From positions 416,001 through 480,000 of the forward strand of contig CAWETI010000003.1 in the NCBI GenBank assembly GCA_963812015.1: DNA of 64,000 nucleotides, written 5' to 3'. Below the pieces are notes generated by a model. The model made no database searches and had not been told where the DNA came from. It saw only the letters and a list, made by a program, of their open reading frames with translations. Made by a program: the position numbers and the translations under genes. Shown here one piece after another: positions 9,416-20,858 of this stretch. Every line of letters starts with the position of its first letter. The stretch's first letter is position 1. Source of the DNA: an uncultured delta proteobacterium. GTDB taxonomy: Bacteria > Desulfobacterota > Desulfobaccia > Desulfobaccales > 0-14-0-80-60-11.

Positions 9416-11299
9416 ATGAATGAAAATCAAGCACCAGAAACTATTTATGATGATATGGAAAAGAATGAACTTAAATGGAAGAAGCCCGATAGGCTAGCTC
9501 TAAAGCTTACTCTAATAACATTATTGATCTTTAATCTTATATTTGTATGTCAATTGATCATTCATCATTTATATCAAAATATAAAAATTTCTTATTACGA
9601 TATTATTACAAATATTTACTTATGTATCATAGTCAATATAGCCTCCTGCCTCATACTTTATCGACATCATCAATTGGCTAAACACGTTGAACATGAACTG
9701 GCCAAGAGGTTGCGCTCTGAACAGGCCCTTCAGCAAGTCAAAGGCGTCCTGGAGGAACGGGTGGTGGACCGCACTGCTGATCTGGAACGGGTCAATCAGG
9801 GGTTTGTTCTTGAAATTCTGCAACGGGAACTGGTTGAGGATGAACTAAAAAATGCCCATGACTACCTGGAGAAAATATTTGATAATTCTGCTGATGGAAT
9901 TGGCATAGTTGATCAACGAGGGAATTTCACGAAATGGAATAAGGCTGCAGAAGAGATCTATGGATATAATTCTAAAGAGATGCTGGGTCAACCGGCATTT
10001 AAGCTTTATGCAAATAGCAATGAATTAGATAGAATGTTAACGCAATTGCGTCAGCAAGGATTTATAAGAAATTATGAAATAATTATGATGAAAAAAGACG
10101 GCTCCTTTTTTATAAGTAGTCTTTCTGTTAGATTATTGTATAGCAATGACAATAATGTTATTGGCAGTGTTGCTGTGGCAAGAGATCTAACTGAGATAAA
10201 GAATAATCTGGCCAACCTGGAATTAATTAACGAAAAGCTACAGGGTTTGATCACTGAGTCTGAACATCGCAATCGCCAAATGGCCTTGATCCAGGAAATG
10301 GGTGAGTTTTTGCATGTTTGTCACACCCTTGAAGAAATATATGATGTCTTAGCCCACTTTGCGACAAAATTCTTCCCCGGCTTTACCGGCTCATTGTATA
10401 CGCTGCATGACTCCAGGCACCTTTTTGAAAGGGTGGCTACCTGGGGCGAGATGCAACCTCAGCAGCTAGTGTTCGGCCACGATGAGTGTTGGGCCTTACG
10501 GCGAAGTCAAATCAATTTAGTCGATAGTTCCAAATCTTTTAGGCACTGCCGGCATGTCTCTTCGCCATTATCTCTCGGCTACCTTTGCGTACCCTTGATG
10601 GCCCACGGAGAAGCTTTGGGCATCCTCCATTTGCAACAAGTCTCTCCGCAAGAAGAAGGTCAGATGTATGCCTCCGGCCAGTTAGCCTCGACTGTAGCCG
10701 ACGGGATAGCTTTGGCGTTGGCCAGCATGAAACTCCGCGATACCTTGCGAGACCAAGCCATTCGGGATCCACTTACCGGGTTATTTAATCGTCGTTATAT
10801 TAGCGAGACTTTTGAACGAGAATTAGCAAGGGCTCAACGGCATGGTTTATCTTTGGCGGTGATTATGATCGATCTCGATCAATTTAAAAAATTTAACGAT
10901 ACTTTTGGCCATGACATGGGGGATAAACTGTTAACTATCTTTGGTAATTTTGTCAGAACGACTATTAGGAAGGAAGACCTTGCCTGCCGCTGGGGGGGAG
11001 AAGAATTTTGCTTAATTTTACCGGGAGCCTCGCTGAACGCAGCCCTTGATAAAGCCGAAGAAATACGATTAGGAACAAGGCAACTCAAGGTAGCGAATGA
11101 TCAGTCTCACCGGCCGGTGACTATTTCGATGGGAATCGCCGTATATCCGGAACACGGATCGACAAAAGATGAACTTATTATTGCTGCCGATAAGGCTATG
11201 TACCGCGCTAAAAAAGTGGGCCGGGATCGAGTCGTCCTTGCCCAAAAGATAGAGGGTCATTACCAAGACCATCCCGATCAAATCAGGGCAGTTCAATAG
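9416..11299 (+). CDS. PAS-GAF diguanylate cyclase (start uncertain; open frame from 9209)
   Basis: DPLTGLFNRR, DLDQFKKFND.FGH..GD, RxxD I-site, RWGGEEF. Confidence 0.9.
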   Translation: MNENQAPETIYDDMEKNELKWKKPDRLALKLTLITLLIFNLIFVCQLIIHHLYQNIKISYYDIITNIYLCIIVNIASCLILYRHHQLAKHVEHELAKRLRSEQALQQVKGVLEERVVDRTADLERVNQGFVLEILQRELVEDELKNAHDYLEKIFDNSADGIGIVDQRGNFTKWNKAAEEIYGYNSKEMLGQPAFKLYANSNELDRMLTQLRQQGFIRNYEIIMMKKDGSFFISSLSVRLLYSNDNNVIGSVAVARDLTEIKNNLANLELINEKLQGLITESEHRNRQMALIQEMGEFLHVCHTLEEIYDVLAHFATKFFPGFTGSLYTLHDSRHLFERVATWGEMQPQQLVFGHDECWALRRSQINLVDSSKSFRHCRHVSSPLSLGYLCVPLMAHGEALGILHLQQVSPQEEGQMYASGQLASTVADGIALALASMKLRDTLRDQAIRDPLTGLFNRRYISETFERELARAQRHGLSLAVIMIDLDQFKKFNDTFGHDMGDKLLTIFGNFVRTTIRKEDLACRWGGEEFCLILPGASLNAALDKAEEIRLGTRQLKVANDQSHRPVTISMGIAVYPEHGSTKDELIIAADKAMYRAKKVGRDRVVLAQKIEGHYQDHPDQIRAVQ

Positions 11300-11357
11300 G
11301 AGCTAAATCATCCTCACTTGATTTCAAATAATCTCCCAGTGGAGCATAGGTGATAAA

Positions 11358-12821
11358 ATGGAATTATTAACTAAGCCAAGGACTGGCTGGGAATTACGCA
11401 GCAAGTTATTTGCAGATTTATGTAAATATTCCTTGCATAGCCAAATTAATGAACCATTCAAAAATGCCAATCAAGATTTATCAGTATTAATTGATAGTCT
11501 TCCGGCTGTGGTTTTCAGAGGATATATCGATGGGACGGTGGATTTCTTTGATGAAAAAGTCGAAGAGATGACCGGTTACCCCAGGAAGATATTTATGTCC
11601 CGTCGAAAAAAATGGACCGATTTAATTATCGAAGAAGACCTAATAAAGGTGAAAAATGCATTTACCAAAGCGCTGAAGGGTGACAAATTGTATGTGAGGG
11701 AATATAGAATAAGGACTAAAAAAAGAAAGGTTATTTGGCTCCAGGAGAGAAGCACGATAATATGTAAAGAAGATGGAAAGGTTAAACACATCGTTGGGAT
11801 GTTTTTTGATATTACTCAGCGCAAGCATGCTGAAGAAGAGATTAAAGAAGGGCAGCACTTTCTTACCAGCATCTATACAAGTATTCAGGATGGCATGACT
11901 ATATTGAATTTAGAATTAGGCATAGTCCAGGTCAATCCCACCATGGGGAAATGGTACACTCATGCCCAGCCACTGGTGGGGAAAAAATGCTACCAAGCCT
12001 ATCATGGGCAAGAAATTCCTTGTAGACCCTGTCCTGCCCATCGCACCTTGATAACCGGAGAACCTCATTACGAAATCGTCGCTCGGAAAGATATCCATGG
12101 CAACTGTTTGGGATGGATGGAAGAGTATTCCTACGCCTGGCGCAATAATGGCAACGGCAAGATTAAAGGGGCAATCATCTATGTCCGGGACATAACAGAG
12201 CGAGTCAAATCAACAGATCTGGCTGAAGAAAGTATGAAAAAATTGAAGAAAACGTTAAATGCAACCGTAACCGCTCTGGCAACCACCGTTGAAACGAGAG
12301 ATCCTTATACTGCCGGGCATCAAGGCCGGGTCGCTCAGCTTGCCTGCGCCATCGGTCAAGAAATGGGATTCTCGCAAGATCTGGTGGAAGGGCTGCGGGT
12401 GATGGCCTTCCTGCATGATATAGGAAAGATCGCCATACCCTCAGAAATTCTCTGCAAACCGAGCAAATTAAGTGAATATGAATTCCATATCATTAAAACC
12501 CATCCGATGATCGGTTATGAAATATTGAAAGAGATTGAATTCCCCTGCCAAGTGGCGCAGGTTGTGCTACAACATCACGAGAGGTTAAATGGATCGGGAT
12601 ATCCCTCCGGCCTTTCAAATCAGGATATTCTTTTAGAGGCAAAAATATTGGCGGTCGCGGATGTAACAGAAGCTATGGCTTCTCACCGACCTTACCGGCC
12701 GGCGGTAGGTTTGGAAGAAGCTTTAAAAGAAATTTCGCAAAATAATAATATACTCTACGATCCAGATGTCGCAAAGGCCTGTTTAAGTATTTTTAAGGAA
12801 AAAGATTTCGCTTTCCAGTAA
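11358..12821 (+). CDS. PAS-PAS HD-GYP phosphodiesterase
   Basis: RDPYTAGH, HDIGK, HHERLNGSGYP, HRPYR. Confidence 0.9.
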   Translation: MELLTKPRTGWELRSKLFADLCKYSLHSQINEPFKNANQDLSVLIDSLPAVVFRGYIDGTVDFFDEKVEEMTGYPRKIFMSRRKKWTDLIIEEDLIKVKNAFTKALKGDKLYVREYRIRTKKRKVIWLQERSTIICKEDGKVKHIVGMFFDITQRKHAEEEIKEGQHFLTSIYTSIQDGMTILNLELGIVQVNPTMGKWYTHAQPLVGKKCYQAYHGQEIPCRPCPAHRTLITGEPHYEIVARKDIHGNCLGWMEEYSYAWRNNGNGKIKGAIIYVRDITERVKSTDLAEESMKKLKKTLNATVTALATTVETRDPYTAGHQGRVAQLACAIGQEMGFSQDLVEGLRVMAFLHDIGKIAIPSEILCKPSKLSEYEFHIIKTHPMIGYEILKEIEFPCQVAQVVLQHHERLNGSGYPSGLSNQDILLEAKILAVADVTEAMASHRPYRPAVGLEEALKEISQNNNILYDPDVAKACLSIFKEKDFAFQ

Positions 12822-13537
12822 AATGACCTTTATTTGTAATAGACAAGATGTCATCTGAATGTTAAGAATAAATTGACAAAAAAGCAGCAAAAAACTGACA
12901 CTTGTCGAGCCTTTTCCCATCTGCATTGGTCTCATAGTTCCCGTAGTTCCCATGAATCGCATTTTTCCCATGTCTTAGAGTTATACCACCGGGCCGTGGG
13001 CCTCCACCGGGAAACGCGCTGGGCCGAGAGCCTGAAGCCCTTTACCCAGGCCCCGGAAGTGCGTCCCGGCGACGAGACCTGTCACCTCTGCTCACCCTGG
13101 CCCAGAAGCACCACGCGACCCCCTCGCCCCCGGCTGGGAAGCCGTAACGGTGATGGACAAGAACAACCCACCTGGAAGCGGTGATTTATCTCTTTGCTAT
13201 GGATGCTAATTAACGCTATCTCCACAGGAAACTGATCCGCGCCCACCAGACCCCTCAGATCCCCGAGACCCAGCCATAGCACGAGTTATGTTAATTCACG
13301 TTCCGAATTTTTCTTTCAATGGCTTTCTGACAACCAGCAGAACCAGGCAGATTATTATCCAGGGAGAAATCAGGGTTTCTCTTCCTCAAAATCAGTATTT
13401 GTCCCGATTTCCTCTCATCCGAAAACGTTTTAAATAAAAGACACTTGAAATTACTGCGAATCAAAATGAATTTAGGATAAAAGGTGCGCGGAGCCGTAGG
13501 GGAGGAAATTCAATAAGGGATAAGCTGGGATTAAATT

Positions 13538-13622
13538 AATAGCCTGTAAAGCCAAACCCATCGCGAGGCGGGGACGGAAAGCCACGGGTCTCAATTAAAC
13601 GAGATAGCCGGGTTGCCTGGGA
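13538..13622 (+). ncRNA. c-di-GMP-I (GEMM) riboswitch aptamer
   Basis: GCCAAACCC-GCGA-GGGGACGGAAAGCCACGGGTCTC...GAGATAGCCGGGTTGCC matches GEMM-I consensus; upstream of HD-GYP gene. Confidence 0.85.
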
Positions 13623-13648
13623 CTTTTACAGGTGATCCGGCTTTTTTT
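13607..13648 (+). terminator. Intrinsic terminator (riboswitch expression platform)
   Basis: 13-bp stem gccgggttgcctg/caggtgatccggc followed by T7; overlaps aptamer 3' strand. Confidence 0.75.
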
Positions 13649-13693
13649 AATTTCCAAGGTTTTGGCGGGAGTATGCAACCCAGGAGGTAATTT

Positions 13694-14290
13694 ATGGAGT
13701 CCATTGTAGAAGTGCTTGAGTCTGTCATGGCCGCTCGAGATCCTTACGCCAGTGTCCATCAGCAGCGGGTTACCCAATTATCCTTGGCAATTGCAGAGGA
13801 AATGGGGCTTGAGGAGAAGAGTATCCGCAACTTGGAGATGGCTGCGAGACTGCATGATCTGGGGAAAATCTCGGTCCCGATTAGTATCTTATCAAAGCCG
13901 GGCAAATTGTCAGTCCCCGAAATGGACATGATCAAAGCCCACCCCATGATGGGCACCGAAATGTTGAAAACATTAAAACTTCGTCCTCATACATTTGTAA
14001 CCATAGTTCAGCATCATGAAAGGATAAATGGGTGTGGCTACCCCTTTGGTTTGTCCGGCGAAGATATTCTTCTGGAAGCGAGAATTTTAGGAGTGGCGGA
14101 TGTTGTGGAGGCCATATCTTCTCATCGCTCTTACCGACCTTCCCGGGGGGTGGAGTTGGCTTCAGATGAAATCTTCCAAAATAAAGGCCTACTTTACGAT
14201 CCATCGGTCGTGGATGCTTTTGAAAGACTCTATTCTAAAAATATGTTTGGCAATTTATTGGTAGTCAAAGTTTTCAGTGAAGCTGCATAG
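13694..14290 (+). CDS. Stand-alone HD-GYP phosphodiesterase
   Basis: HDLGK, HHERINGCGYP, HRSYR; RBS ggagg. Confidence 0.9.
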   Translation: MESIVEVLESVMAARDPYASVHQQRVTQLSLAIAEEMGLEEKSIRNLEMAARLHDLGKISVPISILSKPGKLSVPEMDMIKAHPMMGTEMLKTLKLRPHTFVTIVQHHERINGCGYPFGLSGEDILLEARILGVADVVEAISSHRSYRPSRGVELASDEIFQNKGLLYDPSVVDAFERLYSKNMFGNLLVVKVFSEAA

Positions 14291-14437
14291 CTCTATGCTA
14301 AACAGCTTTTGGGAGATCATGATTTATCGAATTGATGGAAATAGCAAGGACAATAGTGAAGGGACTTTTTTGGCAAATTAGCCAGAGGTTTATGATCTAA
14401 TGATTCTAAATAAGCTTTTTGAAAATGGGACAGGAAA

Positions 14438-15232
14438 ATGTCAGACAATCAATTAACTATAAATTTAATGGAAACATTGGAGCGGGTTGATAGCAAGTTG
14501 GATAAGTTGCTTGATAACTCCACTCTTTTAAAAGAAGGTGGTCTCTCCGAAACGGTGGATGCACCTGAAGAAGATTTTTTCGAAGACCTTGATAGCCCTG
14601 AAACTCATCGATCCTCGGTCCAGTCAAAAAATTCCTTGCCGTCCAGAGTCGCGATCTCCATGATGGAAACGGACGCAATTATTCAAAAAGTGGAGAAAAT
14701 AAATCGTGATGCCGAAGTAATGGAGAGAGTGGAAAAGCTTGAGAAACAAAGCCGCAAACTTACGATTCTCGGCGCTATATTCATGACCTTAACGGTTCTG
14801 ATGCTTGGTGTCTTGGCTTTTTTCATGGTTCAAACAAATTATTTGAGCAAAGACGTCTCTTGGGAAGCAAGGCACCGGGTTGATGCTTCCCAGCCCTCTT
14901 TGGGAAAGACTGTTGCCAAAGTTGATGAGCCCAAGCCCGCCGACTCGGATGTCAAAGGTAATCGCCCCCAAATGACTGAGCCTAACCTCAAGGCAAGTGC
15001 TTTAAGGCCTGCAGAACCGGTTGAGTCAACACCAAACCCGGACCAAGCCAAGGCGCCTGCTCCGGGTACCTATGTGGGCTCTATTACTTCCAACAAATAT
15101 CACTATCCCGGCTGTAAATACGCAAAAAAAATTAATCCTCATAAGCTCATAAAATTTTCCTCTGTTCAAGAAGCTCGGGAAAAGGGGTATATTCCCTGCC
15201 CGACCTGCCAGCCACCCCACTCTGATCATTAG
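14438..15232 (+). CDS. Membrane-anchored protein with C-terminal Ada-like zinc-binding domain
   Basis: Coiled coil, TM, Pro-rich linker, YVGS..SNKYHYPGC...GYIPCPTCQP. Confidence 0.8.
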   Translation: MSDNQLTINLMETLERVDSKLDKLLDNSTLLKEGGLSETVDAPEEDFFEDLDSPETHRSSVQSKNSLPSRVAISMMETDAIIQKVEKINRDAEVMERVEKLEKQSRKLTILGAIFMTLTVLMLGVLAFFMVQTNYLSKDVSWEARHRVDASQPSLGKTVAKVDEPKPADSDVKGNRPQMTEPNLKASALRPAEPVESTPNPDQAKAPAPGTYVGSITSNKYHYPGCKYAKKINPHKLIKFSSVQEAREKGYIPCPTCQPPHSDH

Positions 15233-15879
15233 AGATTCGGTAATCGGCCAGATTTTTCAGGGCCCCATAGTATCAGCACTTACCGGCCCCGCTAGCTTTT
15301 GAGCTTTCAGCAATCTATTGAGCGCAGCAAGCTGTCGGCGATCTGCCTCGCGTACTGCTTATTTTTAGATGTTTTCAGAGGATTTTCAATAAAATGCAGG
15401 AGGAGGCCCATAACCATCACCGCTGCAAGTCCTCCCAATAAAAAACTGCCGGCACAGGCTACCAAGTCCATAAATTTCCTCCACCCATGGGTCTTTTCAG
15501 GATGCCTCCAGTTTATGCCCCGAGCCTGGCGCCGGCAATTGGGGAAAACCTTATATCGCTCAGATAAAATCCTAAAACCTGCTTTATCAAACCCTTAGGG
15601 TTGGCATCCTGAAAGCAAAGGAACGCAGGGCGAGGTGAAAGGAATCGGGTCATCAAAGGGGGGACATACCTAAAGGTTTGACAATTTAAGGGGCCAGCCC
15701 TGGGCAGGACATGGTTAGCTACGAGGCTTTGAGTAAATCAAGTGCATTGATCATAACGCATGAATGAAATATTTCCATCGAACTTTATTGATGTGATCAA
15801 AAATAATGGTGAAAACCATAGCTAATTATTTTAACACACAGATGTCAATTAATATTGATGGTTTTGTGGTTTTAGTTAA

Positions 15880-16401
15880 TTAACGCTTGCCGCTACTGCT
15901 TTCCACACCATTTAAAGTTCCTATAGGATCAATACTTAAAATCACCTCTTTTTTTTCGTCATTGTCATCAATACTGAGATATGGTCCTTCGGGTCCGGCA
16001 CTTAAGGTGACACAGTTTTTACCAACTCTATCAGTTATAGATAAACTCGATGAATCTATATTATTTGCCAAAAGGTTGATACGAGGTTTCTTGCCCTGAT
16101 CGTAGAAGACCAGTTCACCCATTGATATACGTAGACAAGGATCTCCATTTTCATAAGCCATAGTTATTTGAGGAGTTCCATTTTTCAATTCCATTTTCAA
16201 TCGAGTAATTCCGTTATTATCCACTAAGCTAATATTTTCTGCAATAATTGCTTTTGGAGGTAAAACTGTTGCTATACTGAACCCTCCTGTACAAAATATC
16301 ATTATTAACAATAAAATAACTATTCTACGCCTGCTTTTATGTTCTTCCAACTTTGCCAACCTTTGAGCTAAAGCCTGTATCGTTAAGCACTCTTCAGTCA
16401 C
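15880..16401 (-). CDS. Hypothetical membrane-anchored beta-repeat protein
   Basis: 173 aa GTG-start ORF with RBS gaggg, one TM, repeated L.D..G..R units. Confidence 0.65.
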   Translation of the reverse strand: MTEECLTIQALAQRLAKLEEHKSRRRIVILLLIMIFCTGGFSIATVLPPKAIIAENISLVDNNGITRLKMELKNGTPQITMAYENGDPCLRISMGELVFYDQGKKPRINLLANNIDSSSLSITDRVGKNCVTLSAGPEGPYLSIDDNDEKKEVILSIDPIGTLNGVESSSGKR

Positions 16402-16800
16402 ATTTTTCTCCCTCTTAAAAAAACTGGAATAAGGGATAGAATAGATCCCATTAGTGCCAAAAACATAAATAAAATCAATTTATTATACTTAGTCGATAAA
16501 TTAACTGGTCCCAACTCCGATATTATTTGACTATCCCAGTTCATGTCAAGGCTAAAATTGGGAGACGTAAAGAAATCGTTTTACCTTTTTCTTTCCAGGT
16601 TAAAATATCAATTTTTTAGGTCGTGGCCATCAAAGCCTCAGGTCAAGTTAATTATCAAATCAAACAAATTAATTGACGTTACAAGAAAAATTTATTAAAA
16701 ATTTAACTAGATAGTGACCAAATGGGATATTGTCAGGCTCGGTGACACGGCTTAAAAATAAAAGTCCGTTAACGAGGAAGGGGCCTAAGGGAGGAAAGAC

Positions 16801-17448
16801 ATGAGCACCAGAGTTCTCATCGCTGACGATCATCAGATTGTGCGGGAAGGTCTCCGTTCCATGCTGGAAAAGGAGCCCGGGATCACGGTGGTAGGGGAAG
16901 CAGACAATGGGCGGACAACGTTGCGGATGGCCCGGGAGTTGACCCCGGATGTAATCATTATGGACGTGTCGATGCCCGATTTAAACGGCATAGAGGCCAC
17001 TCGGCAGATTGTCGCGGAGTTCGGCACCGTCAAGGTTATCGCTCTCTCCATGCATGACGACCGGCGTTTTGTCTTGAACATGCTCAAGGCGGGGGCGAAA
17101 GGTTATATGCTGAAGGATTCCGCTTTTAAAGAGCTGGCAAATGCCATCCGGGTGGTGGTTGCCAACCAAACCTACCTGAGTAGCGAAATTGCTGACATCG
17201 TGGTCAAAGACTACCTTTCCTCTACTACCTCGGGGGAATCCTCAGCTTTCTCCCGGCTGTCTCCCAGAGAGCGGGAAGTCCTACAACTTCTGGCCGAAGG
17301 CAAGACTTCCAACCAAATAGCCGAAAGCCTCCACGTCAGTATAAAGACCGTAGAAACTCATCGCAGCCAGCTCATGGCTAAATTAAATGTCAAAAACATT
17401 GCTACGCTTACCAAGTACGCTATCCGGGAAGGAATAACTATGCCATGA
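16801..17448 (+). CDS. NarL/FixJ-family response regulator (REC + LuxR HTH)
   Basis: [20 protein letters not shown]...[16 protein letters not shown]. Confidence 0.93.
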   Translation: MSTRVLIADDHQIVREGLRSMLEKEPGITVVGEADNGRTTLRMARELTPDVIIMDVSMPDLNGIEATRQIVAEFGTVKVIALSMHDDRRFVLNMLKAGAKGYMLKDSAFKELANAIRVVVANQTYLSSEIADIVVKDYLSSTTSGESSAFSRLSPREREVLQLLAEGKTSNQIAESLHVSIKTVETHRSQLMAKLNVKNIATLTKYAIREGITMP

Positions 17449-17734
17449 CCTCATAATTTTTTACTATTCGGTGAGATTTTTGATGAGCATTTGAGTTCGT
17501 TGATACCTTTGTACGCCTCGCACAACTCTGGAGGCGGATAGCCGTCCTTAAGAACAAACTTCTGCCGAATTAAGAATTACGGCCTAGCCGAGCTACACCC
17601 CGAAACGTTCCAGACATCACTCCACGTTCACCCTACAATACTATATTGCTTCTCTCCCGAGGCCGGCAAACCTGGACGAAAGTTGGATTGCCGCCATCCG
17701 TTAAGCATAACCGCAAAACCAGCTCGATATTTTA

Positions 17735-18858
17735 TACTAATTTGACATCAAACATATAGTAATGATATATTGGGCAGGGGCTGAAAAAGATGCGCAAACC
17801 TGCCCAGATCGAATCTTGGCTGACGCCGGAAGAATTGTTGTCTTGGCTGAAAGAATCTCCCACGGTTGAGGCATATCAGAAAAGGCTGGTGGTCTGGTTG
17901 ACTTACCTTGGACCTTTTCGTGCCCAGCAACTTGCCGAAATGTTGGGGGTTTCAAAACAAGCCGTTTGGCTGTGGCTGGGGCAATATAATAAACATGGTC
18001 CCCCCGGTTTTGGTCGTAAGGGACGGGGGGGTCGCCGCTGGTCCCTGATCTCTTGGGAGGAAGAATCCGCATTATTGAAATCCTTGGAAAATCGTGCTGT
18101 CGAGGGGCAGTTGCTCACCGCCAAGCAACTACTCCCCGAAGTGTCCCAGGCAGTAGGCCATGAGGTTTCCCTGGGATATGTCTATGCCCTCTTAAGGCGC
18201 CACCGTTGGCGGAAATTGGGACCTCGCCCGCGTCATGTCAAGGCAAAACGTGAGATCCAAGAAGAATTTAAAAAAAACTGCCCGGCCTCATCAGCGAAGA
18301 AATAGCGGCTGCTCCACCAGGCATGCCGATACGCCTTTTATTCCAGGATGAAGGTCGCTTCGGACGCATCAGTGATCTTAGGCGATGTTGGGCGCCTTTG
18401 CCATCTCGACCGATAGTGGGGCATCAAGTGATCCGGGAATACGTCTACGCCATGACCGTCGTAAGCCCTCAGGACGGACGTCTTTCTTCCCTCATCATGC
18501 CTTGGGTCAATGCGGAAACCATGTCACTTTTTCTCGCTCATACCGAGCAAACCTTTGCCGGGGACTTCTGTTTAATGCTGCTTGATGGGGCAGGATGGCA
18601 CCGTGCTAAAGAATTGCGTGTACCGGCCACCATCAAACTTATTCCTCTGCCGCCTTATAGCCCGGAACTCAACCCCGTAGAACATATCTGGGAATATCTG
18701 AGGGAAAATGCCTTCAAAATTTTCTCCCTACATTCCCTGGATGAGGTGGTTGATATTCTTTCAGATGGATTATGCTTCTTATCCCAACAACCGGAAATCG
18801 TACGCTCCATGACCAACTTCGATTGGCTTAATACTCTATGTTTGACGTGTAATTAGTA
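17735..18858 (+). mobile_element. IS630-family insertion sequence
   Basis: IRs tactaatttgacatcaaacata / tatgtttgacgtgtaattagta with TA ends; transposase inside. Confidence 0.88.
17790..18856 (+). CDS. IS630 transposase, two ORFs joined by probable -1 frameshift at A9 (~18270-18278)
   Basis: HTH ORF plus FQDEGRFG...LDGAGWH...YSPELNPVEHIW DDE domain. Confidence 0.88.
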
Positions 18859-19077
18859 TTAAAAGCCACGGTTGAATCCCATAAATTGGCAAAGACCATG
18901 GTCTTTGGATTCAGCAGAATCAGGTAGAGCTTTATCAATTCGTCCATGGAATGTGCTTGCTGATATGAAAATCAGGTTTTTCGTAGCGACAATATCTATT
19001 CTCCCTATTGAATCAATTAACTCCATAAGATTTAATGGAAATCTATTGATTAAATAAATAGATTTCCGGAGGAATGC

Positions 19078-19743
19078 ATGAGCCTCAAAGTTCTGATTGC
19101 CGATGATCATCGGATTATCCGAGAGGGTCTTCGGGAAATGCTCGAAAAAGAGCCTGATATCAAGGTGGTGGGGGAGGCGGCGGATGGCCGGATGGCGCAG
19201 CGGCTGGCTCGCGATTTAACCCCTGATGTAGTTGTCATGGATGTAAACATGCGGGAATTAAATGGTATCGAGGCCACTCGCCAAATTGCGGCCGAGGGGC
19301 GCGGGGTAAAAATCATTGCTCTTTCCATGCATGAAGATCGGCGTTTTGTTTTGAACATGCTCAAGGCGGGGGCGTCTGGTTATATGCTGAAGGATGATGC
19401 ATTTAGGAATTTAGCTAAGGCGGTCCGGATGGTGGTAGCTCATAAAACCTATCTTAGCCATGAGATCTCCGAGCTCTTGGAAAACGAGTGCCGGACATTG
19501 TCCGCCACCCTGGAATCTGGAGATTTTCAATTACTCACGTGCAGAGAACGGGAAGTCCTCCAACTGATTGCCGAAGGCCAGACTTCCCATCAAATTGCTG
19601 ACCATCTCCACATCAGTATAAAGACCGTAGAAACTCATCGTGGCCAGCTCTTCGCGAAATTAAAGATCAAGGGCGTTGCTGAACTGACCAAATACGCCAT
19701 CCGCGAGGGGTTGACCTCTGCACAATCTTGCCATAGGGACTAA
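19078..19743 (+). CDS. NarL/FixJ-family response regulator, paralog of 16801-17448
   Basis: IADDH, MDVNM, REREVL...[10 protein letters not shown]. Confidence 0.93.
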   Translation: MSLKVLIADDHRIIREGLREMLEKEPDIKVVGEAADGRMAQRLARDLTPDVVVMDVNMRELNGIEATRQIAAEGRGVKIIALSMHEDRRFVLNMLKAGASGYMLKDDAFRNLAKAVRMVVAHKTYLSHEISELLENECRTLSATLESGDFQLLTCREREVLQLIAEGQTSHQIADHLHISIKTVETHRGQLFAKLKIKGVAELTKYAIREGLTSAQSCHRD

Positions 19744-19966
19744 CGACCTTTGCCAGGGACAAAAGGTTGGCGTCGCTGGCCCCCAGGCATCTTGTCACTA
19801 GCGCAGTTGCTAAAAAGTCAAGTAATTGAAGGTAGACTCGGCATAGCGAAAGTTGCCCTATGGGAGCCTCATTTCTTGGTGAGTCAGGGTTTTATCCCAC
19901 GAAAAACCATAGATCTCCGGGTTTTTTTTGAGGACAATCACCATAGATTCGTCCTTGAATGAAAAA

Positions 19967-20758
19967 ATGTCCGAGAATCAGCAGTCAAAAGATTTGATGG
20001 CAAAATTGACCCAGGTTGATAGTAAATTGGAGGCCATCAATAGTCTCCTGGCCGATAAAGCTTCTCTCGACCGGCAGGCGCCGACGGCTCCGGATTCAGC
20101 CGATGCAGAGAACCCGGGCAACCCGATCCCAGGGTCCTTGGAAGATGCCGATAACGAGGAAGCTTCCCGCTCTTGGGCTCAGTCGAAAAATCCCTTGCCG
20201 CGCCGAGCCGCCATCACCGCATCGGAAGCCGAAAGTATTTTTCAAAGGGTGGAAAAGATCAATCGTGATGCAGAAATCTTGGAGAGGGTGGAAAGGCTGG
20301 AGAGGCAAAACCGCAAAATTACCCTTCTTGGTTCTCTGTTCATGACGTTCATGGTTCTGGTGCTTGCCGTCTTTACGGTCTTAATGTTTCAAGCCAACCT
20401 CTGGAGCAAGGGCGCCGGGCTGCAAGCTTCTCAAGGGGGCGAACCTCTCAAACAACCCCCAGCTCAGGAGAAGGCTGCCAAGGTAGATGAGCCCAAGCCT
20501 ACCGAGCCCGTTGTCAAAGTTACTGAGCCCAAACCAGCCGAGTCCATGAAGCCGGTCAGTGATGCCAAGCCCGCCAAGGTGATTCCTCCCGTAAAATACG
20601 TGGGTTCCATCACCTCCAACAAATACCATTATCCTAACTGCAAATGGGCGGCCGAAATCAACCCCAAAAAGCTCCGCACCTTCTCCTCCGTTAAAGAAGC
20701 TCGGGAACAGGGTTATATCCCATGTCCAACCTGCGGGCCGCCGCACCATGATCCTTAG
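19967..20758 (+). CDS. Membrane-anchored Ada-like zinc-binding protein, paralog of 14438-15232
   Basis: Shared VEKINRDAE..ERVE.LE.Q motif, TM, C-terminal KYHYPNC...GYIPCPTC. Confidence 0.8.
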   Translation: MSENQQSKDLMAKLTQVDSKLEAINSLLADKASLDRQAPTAPDSADAENPGNPIPGSLEDADNEEASRSWAQSKNPLPRRAAITASEAESIFQRVEKINRDAEILERVERLERQNRKITLLGSLFMTFMVLVLAVFTVLMFQANLWSKGAGLQASQGGEPLKQPPAQEKAAKVDEPKPTEPVVKVTEPKPAESMKPVSDAKPAKVIPPVKYVGSITSNKYHYPNCKWAAEINPKKLRTFSSVKEAREQGYIPCPTCGPPHHDP

Positions 20759-20858
20759 CAGGGCTGTTCTCAGGCAAAAACTTTAGAGCGCCTGAAGTTT
20801 CAACACCCGCCGACGGTAAAATTTCTTGTGGCTCCTGCAATTCCGGCAAGGCCTCTAA

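Noticed and set aside
12873..13184. ORF and 9-bp-period tcccat repeats
   Set aside because: No recognisable domain; probably a decayed fragment
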